DNA from: an uncultured Candidatus Rokubacteria bacterium
GTDB lineage: Bacteria > Methylomirabilota > Methylomirabilia > Rokubacteriales > CSP1-6
Assembly: GCA_963762145.1 (NCBI GenBank)
Contig: CAVXJS010000011.1
Coordinates: 320,001 to 384,000, forward strand
Direction: 5' to 3'
DNA: 64,000 bases
The translations under genes and the position numbers were made by a program. A model generated the notes under the pieces. That model worked only from the letters and a program-made list of their open reading frames with translations, made no database searches and had not been told where the DNA came from. This document shows positions 15,897-26,416 of the stretch, in pieces (position 1 is the first letter of the stretch; the number at the start of each line of letters is the position of its first letter).

Positions 15897-18500
15897 GTGG
15901 CCGTGAGAGCGGCTCCTCGAGTCGTTCAAGGCCCGCTACCAGTTTCCCCTCGACGACTTCCAGCTCCGGGCCATCGCGGCGATCCACGACGGCAGTCGGT
16001 GATCGTGTCCGCGCCGACCGGCGCCGGCAAGACCCTGGTGGCCGAGTTCGCCATCCACGCGCGCGCTCAACCGCGGCCGCCGCATCGCCTACACCACGCC
16101 GCTGAAGGCGCTCTCCAACCAGAAGTACGCCGACTTCGTGCCGCCAGTTCGGCGCCGAGCAGGTCGGCATCCTCACCGGCGACGTCAAGGTCAACTCCGC
16201 GCGCGCCCGCTGGTGGTGATGACCACCGAGATCCTGCGCAACATGTTCTACACCGGCGGGCTCGAGGGCCTCGAGACGGTGGTGCTCGACGAGTGCCACT
16301 ACATGGGCGACGAGGGGCGCGGGACGGTGTGGGAGGAGATCATCGTCAACTGCCCGCAGGACGTCGCGCTGGTCGCGCTGTCCGCCACCGTGCGCGAACG
16401 TCGACGAGATCGCCGACTGGATCAGCCTCGTGCACCGGCCCATCGTGGCCATCACCCATCCGCACCGCCCGGTGCCGCTGCAGTACCTGGTCGCCGACCT
16501 GTCGGGCGAGATCCACGCCTACGACGCCGTCCGCCACGGCAAGGTGCGCCTGCTCGGCGAGGAGCGCGAGGGCGGCTACAACGACCGCGGGCGCTGGTAC
16601 ACGCGCCGGGTCGTCGATCCCACCGTGATGCTCGACGAGCTGGAGGCCGCGGGTGGCTGCCCGCGATCTACTTCATCTTCAGCCGCGCGGGCTGCGAGCG
16701 CGCGATGGAGACGGTGCTCGCCGAGGGCAAGCCGCTGCTGACGCGCGAGCAGCAGCGGCAGGTGGACGAGGCGATCCGCGAGCAGATCACCGACAACCCG
16801 ACCATCGCGGAGTCGCCGCTCAACCAGACCATCTTCCAGGCGCTCGGCATGGGCGTGGGCCTCCACCACGCGGGGATTCTGCCCACCGTGAAGCGCCTCA
16901 TCGAGCTGCTCTTCGAGCGCGGCCTCTGCAAGGTGGTGTTCGCCACCGAGACGATGTCGCTCGGCATCCACATGCCGGCCAAGAGCGTGGTGCTCCAGTC
17001 GCTGACCAAGCGCACCGACCGGGGCTTCCGCAGCCTGACCCACAACGAGCTGACCCAGATGGCGGGGCGCGCGGGCCGCCGCGGCATCGATCCCGAGGGC
17101 AAGTGCGTGATGGCCCTCGACGTGCGCGACGGGCTCGACGACATGCGGCGGGTGGTCGACGGCCCGCCCGAGCCGATCGCGAGCCAGTTCAAGCTGGGCT
17201 ACGGCTCGGTCGCGCTCCTGCTCTCGACCGGGCAACGACCTGGCGACGATCCGGCGCATCGTCGAGTCCTCGTTCGGCCAGTACCAGAACCTGAAGCGCA
17301 TCCGCGGCGCTCGAGGCCGAGGTGGCGAGCCTGGAGATGGCGGTGGACGACGCGCGCGGCTTTCACGCGCCCGTGCGGCGACTTCTCGCGCATCGGCCGC
17401 TACCGCCAGGCGCGCGCCGAGGTCGAGGCGGCGCGCATGGCGCGCGGGCGGGGCGGGCGGCGCGGCCGCGCCGCGGCCGACGCGGAGCCCGGGCGGCTCG
17501 CGCTGGTGCGGCGCAAGAGCGGCGGCCAGCCTCGGCCTCATCGTGCGGGGTGGACCGGCGGCGCCACCGCGATCTCATCCAGCGTGCTGCTGCCCCACGG
17601 CGGCACCGTGCAGATGAAGGAGGGCAACGTCAAGCGCGTGTTCTGGCAGACGCCGCCGCATGCACGTCCCGCGCGACTGGGAGCGGCGCACCCGCGGCCT
17701 CACCGAGCAGATGGCCCGCCTCTCGGTGCCCGAGCTGATCGAGCGCGAGAAGAGCCAGGGGCCCGAGGCGCGCGCTCGCCGCGATCGAGTGCCACCGCTG
17801 CCCGTGGGGCTCGCAGGGCCGCTGCGAGCAGGCCTGGAAGGGCCTCGACGGCTGGAGCGCCAGCTCGCCCAGAAGCGGGAGACGCTCGACGCCTTCAGCA
17901 ACGCCTACTGGCAGGAGTTCCTCCGGGTCGTCGAGGTGCTCGAGCACTTCGGCGCGGTGCAGGACGGCAAGCTCCTCGGCCAAGGGCCAGCTCATCGCCG
18001 GGCTCCGCCACGACAACGAGCTGCTGGTGGCCGAGATGGTCGACCGCGGCGTCCTCGCGCGACACCACGCTCGCCGAGGCGGCCGCGCTCTGCTCGTGGC
18101 TCATCGAGGAGTCGCGCTCGGGCGACGGCGCGGTGGCGCGGCTCTTCCTCAAGAAGCGGCCCAAGCTCAGGCACAAGCTCCAGGAGATGGAGTCGATCGC
18201 CGACACCGTCCTCGAGGTCGCAGCGGCGGCACGGCAGCTGCCGATGCCGGTCGGCCATCTCCACCGGCTTCATGCCGTCGGTGTTCCGGTGGGCTTCGGG
18301 CGAGGACGACTGGTCCGCCATCGTGGAGGAGTCCTTCGGCGGCCACGAGGGGGATCTGATCCGCGCCATGCGCCGGCTCATCGACGTGCTCCGCCAGCTC
18401 GCGGAGTCGCCCGAGGTGCGAGCCGGTGGTGGCCGGCCTCCTCGGCCGGGCGGCCCGCGTCATCGACCGCGGCATCGTGCTGGAGTCGGCCCTGATTTGA
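15897..18500 (+). CDS. Ski2-like/HelY DExH-box RNA helicase (many frameshifts)
   Basis: FPLDDFQ, APTGAGKT, TPLKALSNQKY, MTTEILRN, LDECH, LSAT, HHAGILP, ATETMSLG, QMAGRAGRRG, C-terminal EGDLIRAMRRLIDVLRQ. Confidence 0.9.
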
Positions 18501-18538
18501 CGGGCTGGCGGGCTCCCGTAGATATAATGGGCCCAGGT

Positions 18539-19081
18539 ATGATGAAGGCTGCGATGAGCCGATTGACCCGCTCCTCCCTTCGGCTGACCACGGGCCGACT
18601 GGCCGCGGCGGCGGCGCTGCTGACCGCCGCGTGCATCACGCCCGAGCCCGTGCTCGAGCGGACCTCCCGCGGCCCCAACGCCGAGGAGTTCTTCATCATG
18701 CAGTCGTACGCGACCAACGGCCGGAGCCCGAACTTCGACGAGAAGCGCGTGTGGCGCGACCAGATGGACGAGAAGGTTTTCAAGTATCTCCGCGAGCACC
18801 CCGAGCTCGAGAACACCTCGCGCTACAGCGAGTTCCGCTTCTGGCGCCAGGTGACCACCGGCAGCACCCCCGCCGAGGTGAAGGTCCTGCTCGGGGAGCC
18901 CCGCGAGCAGACCATCGACACCGCCCTGATGGCCTTCTGGGGCGAGCAGCACTGGCAGGCGGTCCGCACCACCGCCAAGGAAGCCTGGGTGTATCCGCTC
19001 GGCTGGGTCATCTTCTTCGACGACAAGGGCGTGGTCGACACGCTCCGGCGGGTCTCGCCGCTCGACACTCAGACCGAGTAG
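18539..19081 (+). CDS. Hypothetical lipoprotein
   Basis: Basic N-terminus plus LLTAA-C lipobox; the EVKVLLGEP...EAWVYP segment resembles SmpA/BamE-like domains. Confidence 0.7.
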   Translation: MMKAAMSRLTRSSLRLTTGRLAAAAALLTAACITPEPVLERTSRGPNAEEFFIMQSYATNGRSPNFDEKRVWRDQMDEKVFKYLREHPELENTSRYSEFRFWRQVTTGSTPAEVKVLLGEPREQTIDTALMAFWGEQHWQAVRTTAKEAWVYPLGWVIFFDDKGVVDTLRRVSPLDTQTE

Positions 19082-19118
19082 CCGCGTGCTAGACTTGGGC
19101 GTCTTTTCTACGACGCCC

Positions 19119-19739
19119 ATGCCCAACGCTGCCCTCACGTGGATCGAGCCGGGAGCGAGCGCCACCCTCATCTGGCACGGCGCGGCGGCGTCCCGGTCCG
19201 ACGGCGGCCGGCTCTACGTGGTGTCCGGCCCCATCCTGGAGCAGCCCCCCGCGTCGCCCTACTTCATCCTGGCCGCCGAGGAAGACGGAGACTTCGCGGA
19301 CCGGCTCTATCGCGGCCAGGTGGCGCTGCCCGAGCTCCGCGCCTTCCTGGCCCGCTGCCGCGTGGCCCGCGGCGAGCTGGTGGACGATCAGCAGTACGTC
19401 GCCACCGCGGAGGAGCTGCCGGTCCTCGCGGTCCTCGACGCGTGGCGCGACCGGCCCGGCCCCCCCGCGCTGCCGTATCTCGACGACATCAACGCGTTCA
19501 TGCCCGCCTCCGCCCCGCTCTACGTGACCGCGGAGGCCCACGCGGCCGCGCAGCAGGAGGCCGAGCAGTTCGGCACCGCGTGGGTCTGCGACGAGTGCGG
19601 AGAAGCCGAGGACGCGGGGATCTTCTTCTGGACCGTGCACCGCGGGCCGGCGGTGCGCGTGTGCTTTCTCATCCACAACGACGCCGGGGTCTGGACCTGC
19701 CGGCTCCACCCGTTCGAGTTCGCGAAGGAGACCGCATGA
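19119..19739 (+). CDS. Hypothetical protein with C-terminal CxxC...C...CxxH
   Basis: Open frame with GC3-biased codons; WVCDECG; stop overlaps the ggt ATG. Alternative start GTG 19086. Confidence 0.7.
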   Translation: MPNAALTWIEPGASATLIWHGAAASRSDGGRLYVVSGPILEQPPASPYFILAAEEDGDFADRLYRGQVALPELRAFLARCRVARGELVDDQQYVATAEELPVLAVLDAWRDRPGPPALPYLDDINAFMPASAPLYVTAEAHAAAQQEAEQFGTAWVCDECGEAEDAGIFFWTVHRGPAVRVCFLIHNDAGVWTCRLHPFEFAKETA

Positions 19740-21466
19740 TCCGCTCCACCCTCAGCGTGACCAAGCACACCCCGAGCGCGCGCGCCCTGGTGGCCGCCGA
19801 GCACCCGCTCGGGGCCGAAGTGGGCGCGGGCATCCTGGCCCGCGGCGGCAATGCGGTGGACGCGGCGGTCGCCACCGCGTTCGCGATGACGGTGGTGGAG
19901 CCCTTCATGTCCTCGGTGGCCGGCGGCGGCACCATGCTCGTGCACCTGGCCCGGCGCGGCGAGACGATCGCGCTCGACTTCAACGTGCAGGCCCCCGCGG
20001 CCTGTCACGAGAGCTGCTACGAGCTGGGCGAGGGGGTGGCGCAGGCCCTGTTCCCGTGGCGCCGCGTGGTGGGCGACGCCAACAACTTCGGCCCGAAGTC
20101 GGTGGCGATTCCCGGCTCGGTGGCCGGGCTCTGCCTGGCCCTCGAGCGGTACGGCACGATGGACCTCGCCGACGTGATGGCCCCCGCGATCACGCTGGCC
20201 GAGAAGGGCTTCGAGGTGGACTGGTACCACGCGCTGACCATCGGGCCGCACTGCGACGAGCTCGACGTCTTCCCGGAGACCGCGCGCAGCTATCTGCGCG
20301 ACGGCCACTACGTGTACCGCCCGGCCTCGAGCATGCCCGCCGACGTGCTGCGCCAGCCGGACCTCGGCCGCAGCCTGCGGCTCATCGCCAAGGACGGCCC
20401 CAAGGCCTTCTACCGCGGCGCGATCGCCCAGGCCATCGACGAGGAGATGCGCCGCACCGGCGGCTTCCTGCGCGCGAGCGATCTCGCGGGCTACGCGCCG
20501 CGCGTGGTCGAGCCGCTGACCATGACCTATCGCCGGCTCGAGCTGGCCTTCTCTCCCGGCGCCACCGGCGGGCCGACCGCGGTGGAGATGCTCAACATCC
20601 TGGCCCGCTTCCCGGCCGCGAAGGTGGGATACGAGACGGCGGGCGGCCTCCACCTGCGCGCGGAGGCGGTGCGCTACGCGTTCCTCGACCGGCTGCGGCA
20701 CCTGGCCGATCCGCTCGCGGTGCGCGTGCCGTGGCGCGGGCTGGCCTCGAGCGAGCACGCGCAGGAGGTGGCCGCGGGTCTCCGGGCCGCCGGCCCGCGC
20801 AGCGACGCCAAGCTGCCGGACGCGTGGGCGCACGACGCGGCGGTCGGCGGCCTCGGGCGGGGGACGATGGCGGTGGCGCGCGGCCGCCGCCGGCTGCCCA
20901 CCGACGGCAGCGACTGCACCACCCACATCTGCGCGGTGGACCGTCAGCGCAACATGGTCTCGCTGACCAATACCGCGGTCTCCCTCTTCGGCTCGCGCAT
21001 GGTGGTGCCGGGCACCGGCATCCTGCTCCAGAACGGGATGCTCTGGTTCGATCCGGAGCCGGGCCGCGCGAACTCGGTCGCGGCGGGCAAGCGGCCGGTC
21101 GTGAACATGGTGCCCGCGCTGGGCTTCCGGCAGGGCGAGCCCTACCTCACGGTGGGAGCGCCGGGCGGGCGCAAGATCGTCTCGGCCATCCCGCAGGTGA
21201 TCGCCAACATCGCGGACCAGGGCGATACCCCGCAGGCGGCCATCGAGGCGCCGCGCCTGCACACCGAGGGCGGCGAGCTCTGGGTGGACGATCGGGTGGG
21301 CGAGCGGTCCCTCGCCGCGCTGCGGAAGATGGGCCACGCCGTGGTCCCGAAGCACCAGGCCTACGGCACCATCCACTTCGCGCGGCCGGTGGCGATCCGG
21401 ATCGGGCGGCGCGGCCTCGAGGCCGGCCTCGATCACCTGAACGCCGCCGCGGCGGCGGGAATCTAG
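19736..21466 (+). CDS. ggt: Gamma-glutamyltransferase family Ntn hydrolase
   Basis: GGNAVDAAVA, VVEPFMSSVAGGG, VAIPG, FYRGAIA, autocleavage Thr in DCTTHI, GILLQNGM, GAPGG, APRLH. Confidence 0.9.
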   Translation: MIRSTLSVTKHTPSARALVAAEHPLGAEVGAGILARGGNAVDAAVATAFAMTVVEPFMSSVAGGGTMLVHLARRGETIALDFNVQAPAACHESCYELGEGVAQALFPWRRVVGDANNFGPKSVAIPGSVAGLCLALERYGTMDLADVMAPAITLAEKGFEVDWYHALTIGPHCDELDVFPETARSYLRDGHYVYRPASSMPADVLRQPDLGRSLRLIAKDGPKAFYRGAIAQAIDEEMRRTGGFLRASDLAGYAPRVVEPLTMTYRRLELAFSPGATGGPTAVEMLNILARFPAAKVGYETAGGLHLRAEAVRYAFLDRLRHLADPLAVRVPWRGLASSEHAQEVAAGLRAAGPRSDAKLPDAWAHDAAVGGLGRGTMAVARGRRRLPTDGSDCTTHICAVDRQRNMVSLTNTAVSLFGSRMVVPGTGILLQNGMLWFDPEPGRANSVAAGKRPVVNMVPALGFRQGEPYLTVGAPGGRKIVSAIPQVIANIADQGDTPQAAIEAPRLHTEGGELWVDDRVGERSLAALRKMGHAVVPKHQAYGTIHFARPVAIRIGRRGLEAGLDHLNAAAAAGI

Positions 21467-21469
21467 GCC

Positions 21470-21781
21470 ATGGCCGAGGTCACGCTCACCGCTGCATTCT
21501 CCACCGTGCCCGCGCCGGAGCAGGAGGCGATCAAGCGCCTGCTCACCGAGACCATCGAGCAGCTCGCCCAGGAGGACAAGAGCTTCTCCCGGGCCCGCGT
21601 GGTGTTCACCGAGTCGGACGAGCGCTGCGGGCTCACCGCCGAGCTCGACGGGGTGAAGAAGGAAGGCGTGCCGCTGTCCATCGACATCGAGCAGCTCGAG
21701 GACGCCCAGACCGGCGCGGGCGCCCGGGCGCAGCTCAAGGAAGCGCTGCGCCTCTACTTCCGGCGGGTGATGGGGAAGTGA
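21470..21781 (+). CDS. Hypothetical protein
   Basis: 103-aa acidic ORF tightly packed in the operon. Confidence 0.7.
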   Translation: MAEVTLTAAFSTVPAPEQEAIKRLLTETIEQLAQEDKSFSRARVVFTESDERCGLTAELDGVKKEGVPLSIDIEQLEDAQTGAGARAQLKEALRLYFRRVMGK

Positions 21782-22518
21782 CCGACGCGGGAGTGCTGCT
21801 CTTCGTGCACGGCGGCTGCACGTTCACGGTCGCCGACGGAGTGCAGCCGCCCAAGGCGGGCTCGCTGCTGTTCTGCCGCCACCTGCCGGTCTGCGCGGGC
21901 GATCGGGTGCTCGAGATCGGCACCGGGATCGGCCTGGCCGCGGTGCTGGCCGCGCGGGCCGGGGCGCGCGTGGTGGCGACCGACCTGGTCGAGGCGGCGG
22001 TGCGCTGCGCGCGCGCGAACGCGGTGGTCAACGGCGTGGCGGATCGCGTCGAGGTGCTCGCGGGCGACGGCTTCGCGCCGGTGCGCGGGCGCGTCTTCGA
22101 CCTGATCTGCACGAGCCCGCCCCAGATGCCCACCCCGCCCGATCGCGAGCGCGCCGACGCGACGGCGGCGGCCGACAACGGCGGCCGCGACGGCTGGGCC
22201 CTGCTCGACCGGGTGATCGCGGGCGCCCCCGCGCACCTCGCACTGGGCGGCCGGCTGGTCTTCACGCTCTTCGGCTTCCTCGGGGTCAAGGCGGCGCTCG
22301 CCCGGCTCCACGCCGCGGGGCTCGAGCCCGCGATCCTGGGCCAGGAGACGCAGGCCTTTCCGCGCATCGGCTACGAGCGCATCGAGCACATTCGCGCCCT
22401 CGACGCCGAAGCCACCCTGCCGGCCCAGGGGTGGCCCGTCACGGTCGAGCGCTACGTGATTCAGGGGACTTGGCAGGGAAGCAGGCCGGGGACCCGGACG
22501 GAGGATCGATCGCGATGA
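21778..22518 (+). CDS. Class I SAM-dependent methyltransferase, HemK/PrmC-like
   Basis: VLEIGTGIG motif I, VVATDL, FDLICTSPPQ (NPPY-equivalent), GGRDG; GTG 21778 overlaps the upstream stop. Confidence 0.85.
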   Translation: MTDAGVLLFVHGGCTFTVADGVQPPKAGSLLFCRHLPVCAGDRVLEIGTGIGLAAVLAARAGARVVATDLVEAAVRCARANAVVNGVADRVEVLAGDGFAPVRGRVFDLICTSPPQMPTPPDRERADATAAADNGGRDGWALLDRVIAGAPAHLALGGRLVFTLFGFLGVKAALARLHAAGLEPAILGQETQAFPRIGYERIEHIRALDAEATLPAQGWPVTVERYVIQGTWQGSRPGTRTEDRSR

Positions 22519-23273
22519 AGCCGGCGCGCAATCTCATCGTCAACGCCGACGACTACGGCCTCACCGCGGGGGTGAGCCGCGGCATCCTGGACTCGCACCG
22601 GCGCGGGATCGTGACGAGCACGACCCTGCTCGTCAACCGCCCGGTCGACCCCGCGCTCATCGACGCGCTGAAGGCCTCCGGGATGGGCGTGGGGCTGCAC
22701 ATGAACCTCACGCTGGGGCCGCCGGTGGCGCCCGCAAAGCGCGTGGCCTCGCTCCTCACCGCGGAGGGTACGTTCACGCGCGACGCGCGCGAGGCCGCGC
22801 AGCGCGCCCGGCCGGACGAGGCGCGCATCGAGCTCGGCATGCAGATCGACGAGTTCCGGACGATCATGGGGCGGTTCCCCACCCATCTGGACTCCCACCA
22901 CCACGTCGGCCGGCAGGAGCCGATCCTGGAGCTGGTGCTGGACTTCGCGCGCGCCATCAAGGTGCCGGTGCGCACGCAGGACGCGGAGGTGCGCGCGGCG
23001 GCGCGCAAGCTCGCGCTCAAGACGCCGGATCACTTCATGGGCGAGTCGGGTCCCGACGCGTACTGGTCGTCCGAGCGCGTGCTCGCGCACCTGCGTGAGC
23101 TGCCGGGCGGCGTGACCGAGTTCATGACCCATCCCGGCTACTTCGACGACGACCTCGCCTACAGCCGCTACGGGCGTCAGCGGGACGTCGAGCTCGCCGG
23201 CCTGACCGATCCGGCCGCCCGCGCCCTCGTCGAGCGGGAGGGCATCCGGCTCATGCACTTCGGGGACCTCTAG
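22515..23273 (+). CDS. ChbG/YdjC family carbohydrate deacetylase
   Basis: LIVNADDYG, GLHMNLT, HLDSHHH, EFMTHPG motifs; ATG 22515. Confidence 0.92.
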   Translation: MKPARNLIVNADDYGLTAGVSRGILDSHRRGIVTSTTLLVNRPVDPALIDALKASGMGVGLHMNLTLGPPVAPAKRVASLLTAEGTFTRDAREAAQRARPDEARIELGMQIDEFRTIMGRFPTHLDSHHHVGRQEPILELVLDFARAIKVPVRTQDAEVRAAARKLALKTPDHFMGESGPDAYWSSERVLAHLRELPGGVTEFMTHPGYFDDDLAYSRYGRQRDVELAGLTDPAARALVEREGIRLMHFGDL

Positions 23274-23280
23274 GGCACGC

Positions 23281-24225
23281 GTGGCCCCCGACGTCGTCAT
23301 CGGGGTGGACGTGGGCGGGACGACCGTGGCCGCGGGCCTCGTGGCCGCGGATGGACGGGTGCTCGAGCATCAGCAGGCGCCCACGCACGCGCGCGGCCCG
23401 GGCACCGCGCTGGACGCGATCGGCGAGCTGCTCGACGGGCTCGCCGAGCAGGCCCGGGCCCGGGGCGTGACGGTCACCGGGATCGGCCTCGGCGTGGCCG
23501 GAATCGTGGACGCCGAGCGCGGGGCGATGGGCGTGGACGTCCACTACATCCCCGAGCTGGCCCGCGCGCCGCTCGCCGCCATGCTGGCCGACCGTCTTCG
23601 CGTACCCGTCTACGTGGACAACGACGTCAACGCGCTCGCGCTGGCCGAGTGGACGTGGGGCGCCGGACGCGGGGCGCGGTCGCTCGTCATGCTGGCCCTG
23701 GGTACCGGGGTCGGCGGCGGCATCATCCTCGACGGCCGGCTGCACCGCGGCGCGAGTGGCTTCGGCGGCGAGCTCGGTCACGTGCCGGTCGACTTCAACG
23801 GACCGCCCTGCATCTGCGGCGGGCGCGGCTGCCTCAAGTCCTACGTGTCGGGCACCGACATCGGGCGGCGCGGCGGCGCGCGCCTCGGGCGTCCGGTGAG
23901 CGCGGCCGAGGTCTTCCGGCTCGCGGCGGCCGGCGACGCGGGGGCGGACGCGGTGGTGGAGGAGGCCTGCGCCGCCCTCGGGGCGGGGCTGGCCATCATC
24001 GTGAACGGGCTCGACCCGGAGCGGGTCCTGCTGGCGGGCAGCGTGGCCAAGTCGCTCCGGCCCATCGAGGCGCGGGTGCGCGCGGCCCTGGCCCGGTACG
24101 CGTTCGCGGAGGCGCTGCGCGCGACGCACCTCGAGATCCTGACCCTCGACAAGGACGCGACGGTGCGGGGCGGCGCCGCGCTGGTCCACTACGAAACCCA
24201 GCGACGGAGGAGGGCGACGTCATGA
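23281..24225 (+). CDS. ROK family sugar kinase
   Basis: GVDVGGT, DNDVNA, GTGVGGG, GELGH, CICGGRGC. Confidence 0.92.
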   Translation: MAPDVVIGVDVGGTTVAAGLVAADGRVLEHQQAPTHARGPGTALDAIGELLDGLAEQARARGVTVTGIGLGVAGIVDAERGAMGVDVHYIPELARAPLAAMLADRLRVPVYVDNDVNALALAEWTWGAGRGARSLVMLALGTGVGGGIILDGRLHRGASGFGGELGHVPVDFNGPPCICGGRGCLKSYVSGTDIGRRGGARLGRPVSAAEVFRLAAAGDAGADAVVEEACAALGAGLAIIVNGLDPERVLLAGSVAKSLRPIEARVRAALARYAFAEALRATHLEILTLDKDATVRGGAALVHYETQRRRRATS

Positions 24226-25271
24226 AAGCCATCACGCTTCACGGACCGGGCGACGTGCGGGTGGAATCGGTGCCGGACCCGCGCATCGTGGATCCCACCG
24301 ACGCGGTGCTCCGCATCACGACCAGCGCGGTCTGCGGCTCCGACCTGCACCAGTACCACGGGCGGGTGGCCGGGCTCGATCCGGGGATCGTGATGGGCCA
24401 CGAGTTCATGGGCGTCGTCGAGGAAGTCGGCTCCGCGGTGCGGCAGATCAAGAAGGGCGACCGCGTGCTCGCGCCCTTCTCGATCTCGTGCGGCTTCTGC
24501 GAGTGGTGCCGGATGCGGCTGCCCACCCAGTGCGCCACCACCGGCCGCGCGGTGTTCGGCGGGCGCTTCGGCAAGCAGTACCCGGGCGGCCAGGCGGAGG
24601 CCATCCGGGTGCCGTTCGCCGACCACATGTGCGAGCCGGTCCCCGCCGGGATGACCGACGAGCAGGTGTTCTTCCTGGGCGACATCCTCTCCACCGGCTA
24701 CGTCTGCGCCGAGAACGCGGGGATCCGTCCCGGCGACACGGTGGCGGTGTTCGGCGCCGGTCCCGTCGGCCTGCTCGCGCTGCAGTCGGCGCATCTCTTC
24801 GGGCCGAGCCGCGTCTTCGTGGTGGACCGCGTGGACTACCGCCTGAAGCTCGCGGAGGAGCTCGGTGGCATTCCGGTGAATCTCGACCGCGGCGATCCCG
24901 CCGAGCAGCTGCGCGCCCAGACGCGCGGCCGTGGCCCCGACGCGGTGCTGGAGTGCGTCGGCCACGAGGCGCCGTTCACGCAGGCCATCCAGGCGGTGCG
25001 CGCGGGCGGCACCGTCTCCTCGGTGGGGGTCTACGTGGAGCCGTCCATGGGTTTCCCGGCGCGGGAGGCGTTCTTCAAGGACCTCACGCTGCGCATGGGC
25101 ATCTGCAACGCGCGCAACTTCATCACGCCCCTCATGCCGCTGATCCAGAGCGGGCGCCTGCAGCCCACGCGCATCATCACGCACACGATGCCGCTCGCGG
25201 ACACCCCGAAGGGGTACGCGATCTTCGATCGCAAGGAGGACCGCGCGATCAAGGTGATGCTCAAGCCCTGA
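24222..25271 (+). CDS. Zn-dependent alcohol dehydrogenase (glutathione-independent formaldehyde dehydrogenase-like MDR)
   Basis: CGSDLH, GHEFMG, CGFCEWC structural Zn site, GGQAE, DILSTG, GAGPVG; ATG 24222 after GGAGG. Confidence 0.92.
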   Translation: MKAITLHGPGDVRVESVPDPRIVDPTDAVLRITTSAVCGSDLHQYHGRVAGLDPGIVMGHEFMGVVEEVGSAVRQIKKGDRVLAPFSISCGFCEWCRMRLPTQCATTGRAVFGGRFGKQYPGGQAEAIRVPFADHMCEPVPAGMTDEQVFFLGDILSTGYVCAENAGIRPGDTVAVFGAGPVGLLALQSAHLFGPSRVFVVDRVDYRLKLAEELGGIPVNLDRGDPAEQLRAQTRGRGPDAVLECVGHEAPFTQAIQAVRAGGTVSSVGVYVEPSMGFPAREAFFKDLTLRMGICNARNFITPLMPLIQSGRLQPTRIITHTMPLADTPKGYAIFDRKEDRAIKVMLKP

Positions 25272-25274
25272 GCC

Positions 25275-25290
25275 TGGCACACCGCTTGCT
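25275..25290 (+). promoter_or_regulatory. Sigma-54 (-24/-12) promoter
   Basis: TGGCAC-ACCGC-TTGCT, an exact consensus match upstream of 25373. Confidence 0.7.
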
Positions 25291-25372
25291 CCCTTAGTCC
25301 CACAGCCTCATCCAGGGACCACTCCGGTGCCCAGACGGACAGGTCTGACACCGAAGTGACGGAGAAGCGAAC

Positions 25373-25879
25373 ATGGACCCGAACGGCAGCCCCTTCCGCC
25401 GTCCGCCCCCACGGCCGACCTCCCGGCCCCGCCGGAGCGGGTTCGGGCCGGTTCCCGCCGCGCCCTTGACCGCCGACGTCAGGCATGCACCGGCGAGGCG
25501 CGTGCGAGCCCGCAGCGTACGCCCCGCCTCGTACCGCCTGGCCGCGGGCGCCTTCTACCTGGTCGCCGCGCTGACGCTGCTCGACGTCGCGCTCTCCTTC
25601 GCCTGGCACCACCCGGGCGTCATCTTCGGGCTCGGCCTGCCCCGCTGGGTGACCGGCGCAGTCCCGGTCGCCTGGATGGCCGTGCCGTTCATCCTGGGCT
25701 TCCTGCTCGTCGGGCGGCTCGTCCAGCGGAGGCGGCTCTGGGTGTTCGCGCTCGGCGCCGCGGTGTACGCGCTGGACGGCCTGATCGTCGTCGCGGCCCA
25801 CGACTGGGTGGCAGTGGCGATCCACACGGTCCTGCTCGCGCTGATGGTTCGGAGCCTGGACGTGGGGCGCCGGCCCTAG
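25373..25879 (+). CDS. Hypothetical membrane protein
   Basis: Pro/Arg-rich N-terminus then about four hydrophobic segments; GGAG RBS. Confidence 0.65.
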   Translation: MDPNGSPFRRPPPRPTSRPRRSGFGPVPAAPLTADVRHAPARRVRARSVRPASYRLAAGAFYLVAALTLLDVALSFAWHHPGVIFGLGLPRWVTGAVPVAWMAVPFILGFLLVGRLVQRRRLWVFALGAAVYALDGLIVVAAHDWVAVAIHTVLLALMVRSLDVGRRP

Positions 25880-25891
25880 CCGGCGCGGGCG

Positions 25892-26416
25892 CTACTTGGA
25901 TCGGGTAGGCGCCTTGGGCGCGGGCGCCTTCGGGCCGGGCGGGCGCTTGACGAGCGGGTCGAGGGCTCGTGCGAGGCGCGCCTCGTCGCTCCGGCCGTGG
26001 ATCTTGGCCGCGATCTCCCCGCGCTTGTTGATGACCACGGTGTAGGGAGTGCCCCGGAAGCCGAAGCGGTTGGCGATCTTCAGGCGCGGATCGAGGCCGG
26101 CGGGGTAGCTCGCCTTGTTGGCCTCGAGGAAGTGGCGCGCGTCGGCCTCGGTGTCCTGGACCTGCACGCTCACCAGCTCGACCCCGCTCGGGCGGTACTT
26201 CCGGTAGACGCGCTCGATCATCTCCGCTTCCTCGTTGCACACCTTGCACCACGAGGCCTGGAAGCGCACCACCAGCACGTGCTTGCCGATGTGCGCGCGC
26301 GAATCGAAGTGCCCGGAGCCGTCGAGCAGCGTGACGGTGAACGCGGGGGCCGAGGGCGCGGCCGTCGCGAGCGCGGGCGCGAGGAGGAGCGCGCCCAGCG
26401 TGAGGGCCAGGCGCAT
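25892..26416 (-). CDS. TlpA/ResA family thiol-disulfide oxidoreductase
   Basis: Signal peptide, APAFT, FQASWCKVC, GTPYTVVIN. Confidence 0.88.
   Translation of the reverse strand: MRLALTLGALLLAPALATAAPSAPAFTVTLLDGSGHFDSRAHIGKHVLVVRFQASWCKVCNEEAEMIERVYRKYRPSGVELVSVQVQDTEADARHFLEANKASYPAGLDPRLKIANRFGFRGTPYTVVINKRGEIAAKIHGRSDEARLARALDPLVKRPPGPKAPAPKAPTRSK

Noticed and set aside
19096-19119. Hairpin TGGGCGTC/GACGCCCA sequestering the ATG at 19119
   Set aside because: A likely extended -10 (TGcTAGACT, 19087-19095) puts most of the 5' arm upstream of the transcript start.
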